Below, one piece after another: positions 9,971-18,920 of a stretch of DNA of 59,332 bases. Both the position numbers and the translations under genes were made by a program. The notes under the pieces are model-generated. The model was given only the letters and a program-made list of their open reading frames with translations. It was not told where the DNA came from and made no database searches. The DNA lies in NCBI GenBank assembly GCA_903869825.1, contig CAIQAL010000038.1, forward strand, positions 1 through 59,332, in the 5' to 3' direction. Source of the stretch: an uncultured bacterium (GTDB lineage: Bacteria > Patescibacteriota > Minisyncoccia > Phycocordibacterales > UBA9973). The number at the start of each line of letters is the position of its first letter. Position 1 is the first letter of the stretch.

Positions 9971-10525
9971 ATGAATAAAAAAATAATTTTTGGTTTGGTA
10001 GGGCAGCAGGCTTCTGGCAAAGAAGAAACAAAAAAATATTTGGCTGAAAAATACAATTCAAAAGATTGTAAATTTTCTGCATCACTCCGAGATATTTTAA
10101 GCCGAGCGGGTATTGAAATCAGCCGGGCAAATATGCAAAAAATATCACAAGTTTTAAGAGAAAATTTTGGTCAAAATATTTTAGCTAAAATAATTGCCAA
10201 GGATGCCATGTCTCTTGATTCCGATATTGTGGTGATAGACGGTGTAAGAAGGTTTGATGACATAGAATATTTAAGCAAGCTGCCAAATTTCGTTTTAGTT
10301 GCTATTGCGGCAAATCCCGAGTTGCGCTTTGAGCGGGTACTTAAAAGAAAAGAAAATGTCGGTGACGACACAAAAACCTTTGAGCAATTTTTGAAGGATA
10401 ATGAAGCCGAAGCAGACCGGGAAATCCCGGAAGTAATGAAATCTGCAAAATATACCATTTTAAATGAAGGCACTATTGAGGAACTGTATAAACAAATAAA
10501 CGAAGTGATTAAAAAACTTTCTTAG
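9971..10525 (+). CDS. P-loop nucleotide/deoxynucleotide monophosphate kinase-like protein
   Basis: GLVGQQASGKE Walker A; VVIDGVRR...E and LID-like RFERVLKR. Resembles dNMP-kinase / dephospho-CoA-kinase-like small kinases. Substrate unknown. Confidence 0.5.
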   Translation: MNKKIIFGLVGQQASGKEETKKYLAEKYNSKDCKFSASLRDILSRAGIEISRANMQKISQVLRENFGQNILAKIIAKDAMSLDSDIVVIDGVRRFDDIEYLSKLPNFVLVAIAANPELRFERVLKRKENVGDDTKTFEQFLKDNEAEADREIPEVMKSAKYTILNEGTIEELYKQINEVIKKLS

Positions 10526-11042
10526 TATATTCCGCAAACTCCATATCGTAATTGTTTTGTGCGTCTTTTACGTATTTTTTACTTTTGGTTTTTTCCCATT
10601 TTGTATTATCAATGGACGGGAAGAATATTTCAGCATCAGGGAAAGTTGCATCAACGTGAGTAATATAAAGCTTATCGGCTTTTTCAATTAGGAGCTGATA
10701 GATTTGCCCTCCGCCAATTACGAAAGCTTCCTCGTCTCCTTTTATTGAATTAGCCAAAAGAAACATAAGTTCTGGGAAAGTGTGAACAATTTCTGCGCCA
10801 TCGATTTTTAAGGATGGTTCGGAAGATAGAATAATATTTCTGCGACCCGGAAGAATTCGGCCGATTTGTTTTCCGTCCGAGTCTTTTGCTAAAGAAAGAT
10901 ATGTTTTTTGTCCCATGACAATCGGGTGGCCAGAAGTAGTAGTCCGAAAATATTTCATATCTTCCGGTAAGTTCCAAAGAAGGTCGTTCTTTTTTCCCAG
11001 TTCATTATTTTTACCGATAGCTGCAATGATTGAAAGAACCAT
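10509..11042 (-). CDS. folA: Dihydrofolate reductase
   Basis: IIAAIGKNNELGKKNDLLWNLPEDMKYFRTTTSGHPIVMGQKTY... canonical DHFR. Its 3' end overlaps the convergent kinase gene by 17 nt. Confidence 0.93.
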   Translation of the reverse strand: MVLSIIAAIGKNNELGKKNDLLWNLPEDMKYFRTTTSGHPIVMGQKTYLSLAKDSDGKQIGRILPGRRNIILSSEPSLKIDGAEIVHTFPELMFLLANSIKGDEEAFVIGGGQIYQLLIEKADKLYITHVDATFPDAEIFFPSIDNTKWEKTKSKKYVKDAQNNYDMEFAEYTKKVF

Positions 11043-11047
11043 AATAT

Positions 11048-11920
11048 TTATATTGCTATTTCGAAAGGAATTTTGTCGTAACTCTCATAACCAATCACTT
11101 TTGTGTCACTAGATTTCCAATCAAAGATGGATTTCCAATTTTCTGTTTCTATTTTTGATAATGGATATTTTTCCGTATCACGCAAAAGTTGTTCTTTGGC
11201 GCCTTCGAAATGGTTTTCAAAAATATGAACATCAGCTAAAAACCCGACAAGTTTTCCTTCTTCGAGCCCCGTTTCTTTTGCTAGTAAATGTAAGAGCAAT
11301 GCGTAACTTGCAATATTGAAAGGAAGACCTAGCATTGTGTCAACTGATCGTTGATTCCAGAGTAAGTTAAGTTTTCCGTTAATAACGGTAACTTGAAATG
11401 AGTAGTGACAAGGGGGGAGTCCCATCTCTCCAAATTGAATTGGATTCCAAGCACTTACTATCATTCGTCTATCTCTCGGGTTATTTTTTAAAGTTTCAAC
11501 CATTTTTTTTAATTGGTCAATCCCGAGGTTTGTGTAGTCGGTGTCGAAACTTTTGTATGGAGCATTGAAATGGCGCCATTGAAAGCCGTAAATTGGTCCC
11601 AAGTCTCGCTCCTCAAGCATTCTTTTTTTGGAAGCTTCGTCGTGTCCGTACGGAGCTTTTAGAGGGGAAGCCCATTCGTCCCAAATGTGATTGTTCCTAT
11701 CTTGCAACCACTTCTTGTCGGTGATGCCATTGATGAAAAATTCAAGTTCAGTAGCAATCAAGCGAAAAGGGACCTTTTTAGTAGTAAGCAATGGAAAGCC
11801 CTTAGACATATCGTGTTCGAAAATAGCACCGGCAATTGCATAGGCAGGGGTTCCTTGGCGAGTCGGGGTTTTTATTCCACTTTCTAAAACTTTTTTTACG
11901 ATGTCGACGTAGGTTCTCAT
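11048..11920 (-). CDS. thyA: Thymidylate synthase (ThyA type)
   Basis: LPPCHYSFQV active-site Cys motif, WNQRSVD, DVHIFENH. 290 aa. Confidence 0.95.
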   Translation of the reverse strand: MRTYVDIVKKVLESGIKTPTRQGTPAYAIAGAIFEHDMSKGFPLLTTKKVPFRLIATELEFFINGITDKKWLQDRNNHIWDEWASPLKAPYGHDEASKKRMLEERDLGPIYGFQWRHFNAPYKSFDTDYTNLGIDQLKKMVETLKNNPRDRRMIVSAWNPIQFGEMGLPPCHYSFQVTVINGKLNLLWNQRSVDTMLGLPFNIASYALLLHLLAKETGLEEGKLVGFLADVHIFENHFEGAKEQLLRDTEKYPLSKIETENWKSIFDWKSSDTKVIGYESYDKIPFEIAI

Positions 11921-11956
11921 AACTTCATTATATCTTTTCCTAATAAATTAAGAGTA

Positions 11957-11985
11957 TTGACAAAATATAAGTATAGTGCTAATCT
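11957..11985 (+). promoter_or_regulatory. Promoter TTGACA-17-(TGC)TAATCT for the DEAD-box helicase gene
   Basis: -35 at 11957-11962; extended -10 TGC+TAATCT at 11977-11985. About 100-nt leader with hairpin at 12019-12037. Confidence 0.55.
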
Positions 11986-12085
11986 TTAAATATCATTCTC
12001 ACCTATTAATTAACGAGATTGATTTTGTGGAAATCAACTTATGACTTTGTGTCGCATGGTTTGATATCCATGACCAAAGTAATAT

Positions 12086-13393
12086 ATGATTAACAAAAAT
12101 CACTCGGGAAGTCCGAAGAAATTCGTACGTCCGAAATTTGCCGCTACGGCAAAAAAGAAATTTGGTGGCAGTAAATCGAGCCCTCATGTTTCTGCAGGAG
12201 CACATAGAAAATTTATCAGTAGCTCTCGTCCAAGACATAGTTCCACCAAGAGTAAGGGGAGAGGTTTTTCGGAGCGAATCGATTTTTCTAGATTCATCAA
12301 AAAAGCGATAGCGCACGAAGAAAAACCATACGTATCAAAACATACGTTTTCTGATTTTTCTTTTAATCCACAGTTATATAAAAATATTGTTCGTAAAGGA
12401 TTTACTTCCCCAAAACCAATTCAAGATCAGTCAATTCCACTGGTAATTTCCGGGAAAGACATTTTCGGACTCGCGAACACCGGAACAGGGAAGACAGCCA
12501 CTTTTCTCTTGCCTTTAATCGAAAGAATATCTAACAATAAAAAGGAAAGCATCTTGCCTGGAGGAAAAGTTTTAATTATGGCACCAACCAGGGAACTTGC
12601 GATGCAAATCGAATCTGATTTTAGAGAACTTTCTTTTGGACTCGGAATTTTTTCCGTATCTTGTGTTGGAGGAATGCCGATTATGAAACAGATCCGAGAA
12701 CTTGAGCGGGGAGTATCTTTTGTTATTGGCACCCCGGGCCGAATTAAAGATTTAATCAATCGAAAGGTTTTGGATTTGTCCCTCTGTAAGGCAGTAGTGC
12801 TCGATGAAGCGGACCGGATGCTTGATATGGGATTCAAAGATGAAATGGTTTATATTTTAGCAAGAACCGCCAAAGAAAAACAGACTTTGTTTTTCTCGGC
12901 GACTCTTTCTCCTGAAATAAAAAAATTAACCAGTGAGTTCCTTGTTGACCCTGTATTTATCTCGGTTATCTCAGGTGAAACCGCAAAAAACATTGACCAG
13001 GACGTTGTCCGGGTTCGGGGAAAAGAAGAAAGACTATCAAAATTGAGTGATATCTTGAAGGAAGAAAAATCCGAAAAAGTATTGATCTTTTGTGAAAGAA
13101 AACACAGTGTGGATACTCTTGCAAAAGAACTCGCCGGATGTGGTTTTAAAGTAGGAGCAATCCATGGCGACAAAAGAAGCCGGGAACGTATTCGAACCTT
13201 GGAATCATTTAAAAAAGATCAGATTTCCATTTTAATTGCCACCGACGTGGCAGCTCGGGGACTCGACATTCCGGACGTTTCTCACGTGATTAACTATGAT
13301 ATTCCACAAACGCATGACACTTATGTTCATCGTATCGGCCGAACCGGTCGAGCGGGCAAAAAGGGAAATGCCTTAACTTTCATACCAGGATAA
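12086..13393 (+). CDS. DEAD-box ATP-dependent RNA helicase with basic N-terminal extension
   Basis: Q-motif region, ANTGTGKT, DEAD (VLDEADRM), SAT, HRIGRTGRAG. The first ~85 aa are K/R/S-rich. Exact start uncertain. Confidence 0.9.
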   Translation: MINKNHSGSPKKFVRPKFAATAKKKFGGSKSSPHVSAGAHRKFISSSRPRHSSTKSKGRGFSERIDFSRFIKKAIAHEEKPYVSKHTFSDFSFNPQLYKNIVRKGFTSPKPIQDQSIPLVISGKDIFGLANTGTGKTATFLLPLIERISNNKKESILPGGKVLIMAPTRELAMQIESDFRELSFGLGIFSVSCVGGMPIMKQIRELERGVSFVIGTPGRIKDLINRKVLDLSLCKAVVLDEADRMLDMGFKDEMVYILARTAKEKQTLFFSATLSPEIKKLTSEFLVDPVFISVISGETAKNIDQDVVRVRGKEERLSKLSDILKEEKSEKVLIFCERKHSVDTLAKELAGCGFKVGAIHGDKRSRERIRTLESFKKDQISILIATDVAARGLDIPDVSHVINYDIPQTHDTYVHRIGRTGRAGKKGNALTFIPG

Positions 13394-13404
13394 TAATAAA
13401 AAAA

Positions 13405-13426
13405 ACACTCCGACAAATCGGGGTGT
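13405..13426. terminator. Bidirectional terminator between helicase gene and rpmB
   Basis: ACACTCCG acaaat CGGGGTGT hairpin flanked by an A-run (left) and a T-run (right). Confidence 0.75.
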
Positions 13427-13443
13427 TTTTTTTATTATTTAAA

Positions 13444-13686
13444 TTATTTAACCATCCCTGCCTTTTTTAAAGTTACGTAGGCGCCGTTCTTTTTCATCGT
13501 TCGCATTCCCCGGGTCGAGACTTCAATAATTATCGATTTACCAAGTTCGGGCACAAAAATCTTCTTTTTTTGAAGATTTACATGTTTTCGTTTTTTGCCG
13601 GTTGGGTTAAACTTAGTAGCACGAGTGCGATTGGAATAACCTCCTCCAATGATTGAACTCTTTTTTGATATTTTACATACTTTCAT
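13444..13686 (-). CDS. rpmB: 50S ribosomal protein L28
   Basis: MKVCKISKKSSIIGGGYSNRTRATKFNP... bL28 pattern. Confidence 0.9.
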   Translation of the reverse strand: MKVCKISKKSSIIGGGYSNRTRATKFNPTGKKRKHVNLQKKKIFVPELGKSIIIEVSTRGMRTMKKNGAYVTLKKAGMVK

Positions 13687-13726
13687 TATTTTTTTATGCT
13701 ATCATAGAAAATATAGAAAAGCAATT

Positions 13727-14347
13727 ATGACACCGACTGATGCAACATTTTATATAGTGATTCTGATTATGTCTGTCGTGATTCACGAAGTTTCGCACGG
13801 TTTTATGGCGCAAGCTTTTGGAGACAAGACGGCTTTTTTTGCGGGCCGGTTAACTTTAAACCCGATAAAGCATTTGGATCTTTTCGGTTCGATTTTACTT
13901 CCGGCAGTATTGATTTTGACTCAGTCACATTTTCTAATAGGTTGGGCGAAACCTGTCCCATATAACCCGAATAACTTGAGTAATAAAAAGTGGGGAACCA
14001 TAGCCGTTGCGGGAGCGGGGGTACTCGCCAATCTTTTCTTGGCAACTTTTTTTGGACTTATTTTGCGTTTTTCTTTTGGAATGAATATTCCTGTTGGACT
14101 GCCTTTTATCCTTTCGACTATTGTGATTGTAAACCTAGGTTTAGCGATATTTAATCTTGTTCCGATTCCACCGCTTGACGGTTCAAAGATACTGTTTAGC
14201 TTATTGCCAGCTTCGATGTATTCTGTTATGGAAAATTTGGAGAGATATTCTCTTGTTTTCGTCATTATTTTCGTCTTATACTTCTCTAGATTTCTTCTAC
14301 CGATTCTTGCTTTCTTATTTCATTTGATTACCGGGCTTACACTATAA
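13727..14347 (+). CDS. Site-2 protease family (peptidase M50) membrane metalloprotease
   Basis: HEVSHG (HExxH) in TM1, NLVPIPPLDGSK second motif, multi-TM. ATG 13727 preferred because it avoids overlap with rpmB. Confidence 0.85.
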   Translation: MTPTDATFYIVILIMSVVIHEVSHGFMAQAFGDKTAFFAGRLTLNPIKHLDLFGSILLPAVLILTQSHFLIGWAKPVPYNPNNLSNKKWGTIAVAGAGVLANLFLATFFGLILRFSFGMNIPVGLPFILSTIVIVNLGLAIFNLVPIPPLDGSKILFSLLPASMYSVMENLERYSLVFVIIFVLYFSRFLLPILAFLFHLITGLTL

Positions 14348-14436
14348 GCATTATCCAAGAGGGGTTGCTTTTTTTATAGACTTGTAGTAAATTACCTTTG
14401 TGTCTAATTGGAGTCTTAGGACTCTTTTATTTATAA

Positions 14437-14859
14437 ATGCCAACAATTAACCAATTAATTAAAAAGAACCGAACCAAAGTTACCCGAAAATCAAAAACGG
14501 TGGCACTTGCTCGTGGTTTTAATGTTTTAAAAAATAGACCTGTCTATTATCCCGCTCCTTTCAAGCGAGGGGTTTGTACAAAAGTTACTACTACTACTCC
14601 AAAGAAGCCAAACTCTGCTCTTCGAAAAATAGCGAGAGTCAGGTTGACCAATGGAATGGAAGTTACCGCTTATATCCCAGGAGAAGGACACAATTTACAA
14701 GAACACTCAGTGGTGATGTTGCGCGGAGGGCGAGTAAAAGACTTGATTGGAGTTAGATACCACATTGTTCGTGGCGTGCTTGATACTCAAGGTGTCGAGA
14801 AACGAAGACAAAGCAGATCACTTTATGGAAACAAGAGGCCTAAGAAAGAAAAAAAATAA
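14437..14859 (+). CDS. rpsL: 30S ribosomal protein S12
   Basis: [10 protein letters not shown]...[10 protein letters not shown]... canonical uS12. Confidence 0.98.
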   Translation: MPTINQLIKKNRTKVTRKSKTVALARGFNVLKNRPVYYPAPFKRGVCTKVTTTTPKKPNSALRKIARVRLTNGMEVTAYIPGEGHNLQEHSVVMLRGGRVKDLIGVRYHIVRGVLDTQGVEKRRQSRSLYGNKRPKKEKK

Positions 14860-14870
14860 TTTAAAATAAC

Positions 14871-15341
14871 ATGAGACGAAAAGTAAAAAATCGAAATATC
14901 GTAAAACCAGACTTCCTGTACAATTCTCAAAAATTGGAGAAGTTTATAAATTACATTATGTGGTCTGGAAAAAAGGAAACTGCCCGGAAGGTGATGTATG
15001 CCGCTTTTGATGTAATCAAAGAAAAAACCGGTAACCCAAACCCACTTGAAATTTTTGACCTTGCAATGAAAAATGCCGGTCCGATGACCGAAGTTCGCTC
15101 GAAGCGTATCGGAGGAGCTAATTATCAGGTTCCTCGAGAAGTCCGACCAGAAAGAAGGCTCGCGCTTGCGATGCGCTGGATAAGAGACGCTGCTCGTGCA
15201 AAGAAAGGCCAGCCAATGCATCTTAAATTAGCCGATGAATTGATTGCAGCTTCAAAAAATGAAGGAGCGGCTATCAAGAAAAGGGAAGATACTCACAAGA
15301 TGGCTGAATCAAACAAAGCTTTTGCTCATTTTGCCTGGTAA
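14871..15341 (+). CDS. rpsG: 30S ribosomal protein S7
   Basis: Canonical uS7 (GGANYQVPREVRPERR, MAESNKAFAHF). Confidence 0.98.
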   Translation: MRRKVKNRNIVKPDFLYNSQKLEKFINYIMWSGKKETARKVMYAAFDVIKEKTGNPNPLEIFDLAMKNAGPMTEVRSKRIGGANYQVPREVRPERRLALAMRWIRDAARAKKGQPMHLKLADELIAASKNEGAAIKKREDTHKMAESNKAFAHFAW

Positions 15342-15360
15342 AACAAATTTAAATTTTAAA

Positions 15361-15382
15361 AATCCTCGGAAGGGGATTTTTT
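15361..15382 (+). terminator. Terminator after rpsG
   Basis: AATCCTC ggaa GGGGATT hairpin followed by TTTTTTG. Confidence 0.6.
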
Positions 15383-15456
15383 GTTTTTGTTTGCCTTTTC
15401 CTTTTTTTATTGTCTTCTTTGAAAGAACATACAGTACGTATACATAATAAAATATT

Positions 15457-15828
15457 ATGCAAACAATTGAAAAAATTTATGGGATAAGTAAACAAAGCAT
15501 TTCTGAAACGATCAAGCTGCTTCGCCTCTTTCGGGGATTGTCCCAAGAGAAGTTTGCTGGATTGATTGGCAAAAGTTCATCATATGTCAGCTGGTTGGAA
15601 ACAGCTGACCGGAGTCTGACCATCCCGATGCTTCAAGTAATATCTCTAAACCTAGGGGTAAAGGGAACTGTGCTTTTGTATCTTAGTATCCCTGAAAAAG
15701 ACAGGGATGAATTTAAAAAAAAAGTATCAAATTTAATCAACATTGAGGAAGATATAAGGTTGTCACTTAATGTCGATGAAATGGCCTTGTTCGAGTTAAT
15801 GAAAGCTCGGCAAGCGAACAAAAAATAA
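15457..15828 (+). CDS. XRE-family helix-turn-helix protein
   Basis: LRLFRGLSQEKFAGLIGKSSSYVSWLE: HTH_3-like motif. 123 aa. Sits between rpsG and fusA. Confidence 0.65.
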   Translation: MQTIEKIYGISKQSISETIKLLRLFRGLSQEKFAGLIGKSSSYVSWLETADRSLTIPMLQVISLNLGVKGTVLLYLSIPEKDRDEFKKKVSNLINIEEDIRLSLNVDEMALFELMKARQANKK

Positions 15829-15849
15829 AGCAGGAACTCCTGCTTTTTT
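15827..15849 (+). terminator. Terminator after the HTH gene
   Basis: AGCAGG aact CCTGCT followed by TTTTTT. Confidence 0.7.
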
Positions 15850-15851
15850 AT

Positions 15852-15880
15852 TTGCAAAAAGAGAGGTTTTGTTATATATT
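15852..15880 (+). promoter_or_regulatory. Promoter TTGCAA-17-TATATT upstream of fusA
   Basis: -35 at 15852-15857, 17-nt spacer, -10 at 15875-15880. Confidence 0.5.
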
Positions 15881-15885
15881 GTTTC

Positions 15886-15904
15886 AAGCGCAACAGCGCT
15901 TTTT
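15886..15904 (+). promoter_or_regulatory. Promoter-proximal GC hairpin plus U-tract in the fusA leader
   Basis: AAGCGC aaca GCGCTT followed by TTT. It starts about 6 nt after the -10. Confidence 0.45.
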
Positions 15905-15931
15905 AATATTAAGTTTAAATAAGTAAATTAT

Positions 15932-18088
15932 ATGGAAAGAGATTACCCGTTAGAAAAAGTTAGAAATATTGGAATTATCGCGCACATTGATGCCGGAAAA
16001 ACTACCACAACAGAGCGGGTACTTTTTTATACTGGAGTTTCACATAAAATCGGAGAAGTGCATGACGGAGAGACTACAACAGACTGGATGGAACAAGAGA
16101 GAGAACGTGGAATCACAATCACTTCAGCTGCTGTTACCTGTTTTTGGACCCCAACCTATGCGAGTCCAACCGATAAATCTAAAAAACATCGTTTTAATAT
16201 TATTGACACTCCCGGTCACATCGACTTTACTGTTGAAGTGAAGCGTTCCCTTCGGGTACTTGACGGAGCGGTGGTAGTTTTCGACGGAGTAGCGGGCGTT
16301 GAACCACAGTCTGAAACCAACTGGCGGTATGCTGATGAGGCAAAAGTTCCTCGAATTTGTTTTATTAATAAACTAGATCGAACCGGTGCCTCTTTTGAAC
16401 ATTCCTATGCGACGATCTTGGATCGATTGACCAAGAAAGCTATCAGAATGCAAATCCCAATCGGCCTTGAAGAAAAACACGAAGGAGTAGTTGATTTGCT
16501 TACAATGAAGGCATACTATTTTGAAGGGGAAATGGGAAATAAAGTAATTGAGAGCGAAATTCCAGCAGAGATGGCGGCGGAGGCAGAAAAATACCACAAT
16601 GAATTGATTGAAAAAATTGTCGAACAAGATGACAAGACGATGGGTGAATATTTTGAAGGTAAAATTCCTGATATTCTTACTTTAAAAAAGTTGATGCGAA
16701 AAGGAGTTATCGCTAACGAGATTTTTCCAGTTTACGCAGGGAGCGCTCTTAAAAACAAAGGAGTGCAGCTCGTTTTGGACGGGGTTGTTGACTACTTACC
16801 ATCTCCCCTTGATATCCCAGCGATCACTGGTACCGACCCGGACAAGAATGACGAGCCAATTGTTCGAAATGCATCCGACGCGGAACCTTTTTCGGCACTC
16901 GCATTCAAAGTTGCGACTGATCCGTTCGTAGGACAACTTATTTTCTTTCGGGTATATTCCGGAACTCTTTCTTCGGGTTCATATGTTTACAATCCTCGTA
17001 CTCGCAACAAAGAACGTATCGGACGAATCTTGCGGATGCATGCGAATGATCGAGAGGAAGTGAAAAAAGTTTTTGCTGGAGAAATTGCAGCTGCGGTTGG
17101 ACTTAAAGACACCATCACTTCTGATACAATCTGCGATGAAGAGAAACCAATCGAACTAGATCGTATTATTTTCCCGGAACCAGTTATTCAACTTCGTATC
17201 GAACCGAAGACGAAGGCGGACCAGGAAAAAATGGGAATGGCGCTTAACCGGCTTGCCCAAGAAGATCCAACCTTTAAAGTTTCAACCGATCAGGAAACGG
17301 GGGAGACGATTATTGCCGGGATGGGAGAATTACACCTTGAAATTATTGTGGATCGAATGAAACGAGAATTTACAGTGGAAGCAAACGTCGGGAAACCGCA
17401 AGTAGCTTATCGCGAAACTATCACTTCAAATTCAGACGCAGAAGGAAAATACATCAAGCAATCCGGTGGACGTGGTAACTACGGTCACGTAAAGATTAAG
17501 GTGAAACCGATGGAAATTCTCACCAAAGAAGAGGTGGAAGATTTACCAAAAAATACCAAACGTTCCGGGGATGGTTTCGAATTCATCAACACCATTCGCG
17601 GAGGAGTTATTCCACAAGAGTATATCGCTCCCTGTGAGAAAGGATTTAAAGAAGGACTCGATCGTGGAGTTTTGGCTGGATTTAAATTAGTTAATGTTTC
17701 GGTAGAACTTTGGGATGGATCGTATCACGAAGTGGACTCGAACGAAATGGCCTTCAAGATTGCTGCTTCGATGGCCGTGCAAGATGCTTGTAAACGAGCA
17801 AAGCCGGTAATACTAGAACCGATGATGAAAGTGGAGGTTGTTATGCCAGAAAAATTTATGGGAGACGTTACTGGGAACCTTTCTTCCAAACGTGGAATTA
17901 TCGAAGGGATGGAAGACAGGGGAATGAACAAAGTTTTGCGCGCAATCGTTCCGCTGTCCGAAATGTTTGGGTATATGACAGGACTTCGGTCAATGACTGA
18001 AGGACGAGCATCATTCACAATGGAATTTGTTCGTTATGACATTGTTCCAAACAACGTGGCTGAAACGATTATTGCTTCAAGAAAATAA
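15932..18088 (+). CDS. fusA: Elongation factor G
   Basis: 718 aa. [26 protein letters not shown]-domain motifs and full EF-G domain order. Confidence 0.98.
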   Translation: MERDYPLEKVRNIGIIAHIDAGKTTTTERVLFYTGVSHKIGEVHDGETTTDWMEQERERGITITSAAVTCFWTPTYASPTDKSKKHRFNIIDTPGHIDFTVEVKRSLRVLDGAVVVFDGVAGVEPQSETNWRYADEAKVPRICFINKLDRTGASFEHSYATILDRLTKKAIRMQIPIGLEEKHEGVVDLLTMKAYYFEGEMGNKVIESEIPAEMAAEAEKYHNELIEKIVEQDDKTMGEYFEGKIPDILTLKKLMRKGVIANEIFPVYAGSALKNKGVQLVLDGVVDYLPSPLDIPAITGTDPDKNDEPIVRNASDAEPFSALAFKVATDPFVGQLIFFRVYSGTLSSGSYVYNPRTRNKERIGRILRMHANDREEVKKVFAGEIAAAVGLKDTITSDTICDEEKPIELDRIIFPEPVIQLRIEPKTKADQEKMGMALNRLAQEDPTFKVSTDQETGETIIAGMGELHLEIIVDRMKREFTVEANVGKPQVAYRETITSNSDAEGKYIKQSGGRGNYGHVKIKVKPMEILTKEEVEDLPKNTKRSGDGFEFINTIRGGVIPQEYIAPCEKGFKEGLDRGVLAGFKLVNVSVELWDGSYHEVDSNEMAFKIAASMAVQDACKRAKPVILEPMMKVEVVMPEKFMGDVTGNLSSKRGIIEGMEDRGMNKVLRAIVPLSEMFGYMTGLRSMTEGRASFTMEFVRYDIVPNNVAETIIASRK

Positions 18089-18098
18089 AACAAAAAAA

Positions 18099-18122
18099 CA
18101 CCCTAGCAATAGGGTGCTTTTT
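18099..18122 (+). terminator. Terminator after fusA
   Basis: CACCCTA gcaa TAGGGTG followed by CTTTTT. Confidence 0.75.
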
Positions 18123-18138
18123 GTTGTATGATGACTTC

Positions 18139-18777
18139 ATGGAACAAGTACAAAATATTTTAGATCCACTGATAAGAGAAAAGGATACTCAAATAAGAAT
18201 AAGCAAAAATGAACAAATGGCTTTGGAACTAATTGCTTTTGGAGAAAAAACAGGCAACAAACTTGATTTTAAAGATTATGGGAAAAACTTCGATTATTCA
18301 AAAGACAAGGCTCTTTTAAGTGTGAAGAAGAAAGCATTGATAGGAATGGACGAAGAAGCTCAAGATTTAACAAAGGATTCCCTGGCAGTTTTTAAAGCAT
18401 ATTTTTCCGGTCCGATATTTATTGATGAATTTCACCAAGACCATACGTCTCGTAGAAAGTGGGAGACTTCTTTAAAAGAATCCGTATCAAAAGAGTCACT
18501 AGATTTCTATAAAAAGAATCGTCTTGGGGTTAACAAATGTGCTACCGTTGTGGGGTTTTTAGATATTGTTCTTGAAATGATTCAAAACGAAGAGATGAAA
18601 AAACAATTATCAAAACTGCAAGAGGTACTCCCAAAAGAATTACTAGAAAAACAAGAAGAAGGATATTTGAAATACCATTTTTTGTCAGATGAAGAAAAAC
18701 TTGACGTCATAAAAAGGCTTTCTAGTGTTGCAGAAAAAGCGACTGGAATTTTAGAAGAAAATAATCCAAAAGAGTAA
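18139..18777 (+). CDS. Hypothetical protein (charged, helical; no recognisable family)
   Basis: Long ORF between fusA and tuf. ATG 18139 preferred because TTG 18121 lies inside the fusA terminator. Confidence 0.5.
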   Translation: MEQVQNILDPLIREKDTQIRISKNEQMALELIAFGEKTGNKLDFKDYGKNFDYSKDKALLSVKKKALIGMDEEAQDLTKDSLAVFKAYFSGPIFIDEFHQDHTSRRKWETSLKESVSKESLDFYKKNRLGVNKCATVVGFLDIVLEMIQNEEMKKQLSKLQEVLPKELLEKQEEGYLKYHFLSDEEKLDVIKRLSSVAEKATGILEENNPKE

Positions 18778-18810
18778 ATATTTTTAGCTTGATTTTGTGC
18801 TAAACAAATG

Positions 18811-18836
18811 TCATAGTGATACTATGATCGTTTTTT
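18811..18836 (+). terminator. Terminator-like hairpin after the hypothetical gene
   Basis: TCATAGT gat ACTATGA, then TCG, then TTTTTT. Confidence 0.5.
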
Positions 18837-18846
18837 GACAAAATTG

Positions 18847-18900
18847 GTTTAGTGATTATTAAAGGGGATTAAATCTAGTCTTTTTTAGTAATCACTAAAC
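18847..18900. repeat. Perfect 12-bp inverted repeat (GTTTAGTGATTA / TAATCACTAAAC) with 30-nt spacer
   Basis: Left arm 18847-18858, right arm 18889-18900. The left arm overlaps a TTGACA(18835-18840)-16-TATTAA promoter-like element. Confidence 0.6.
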
Positions 18901-18920
18901 AAAAAATAAATCATATTGCC

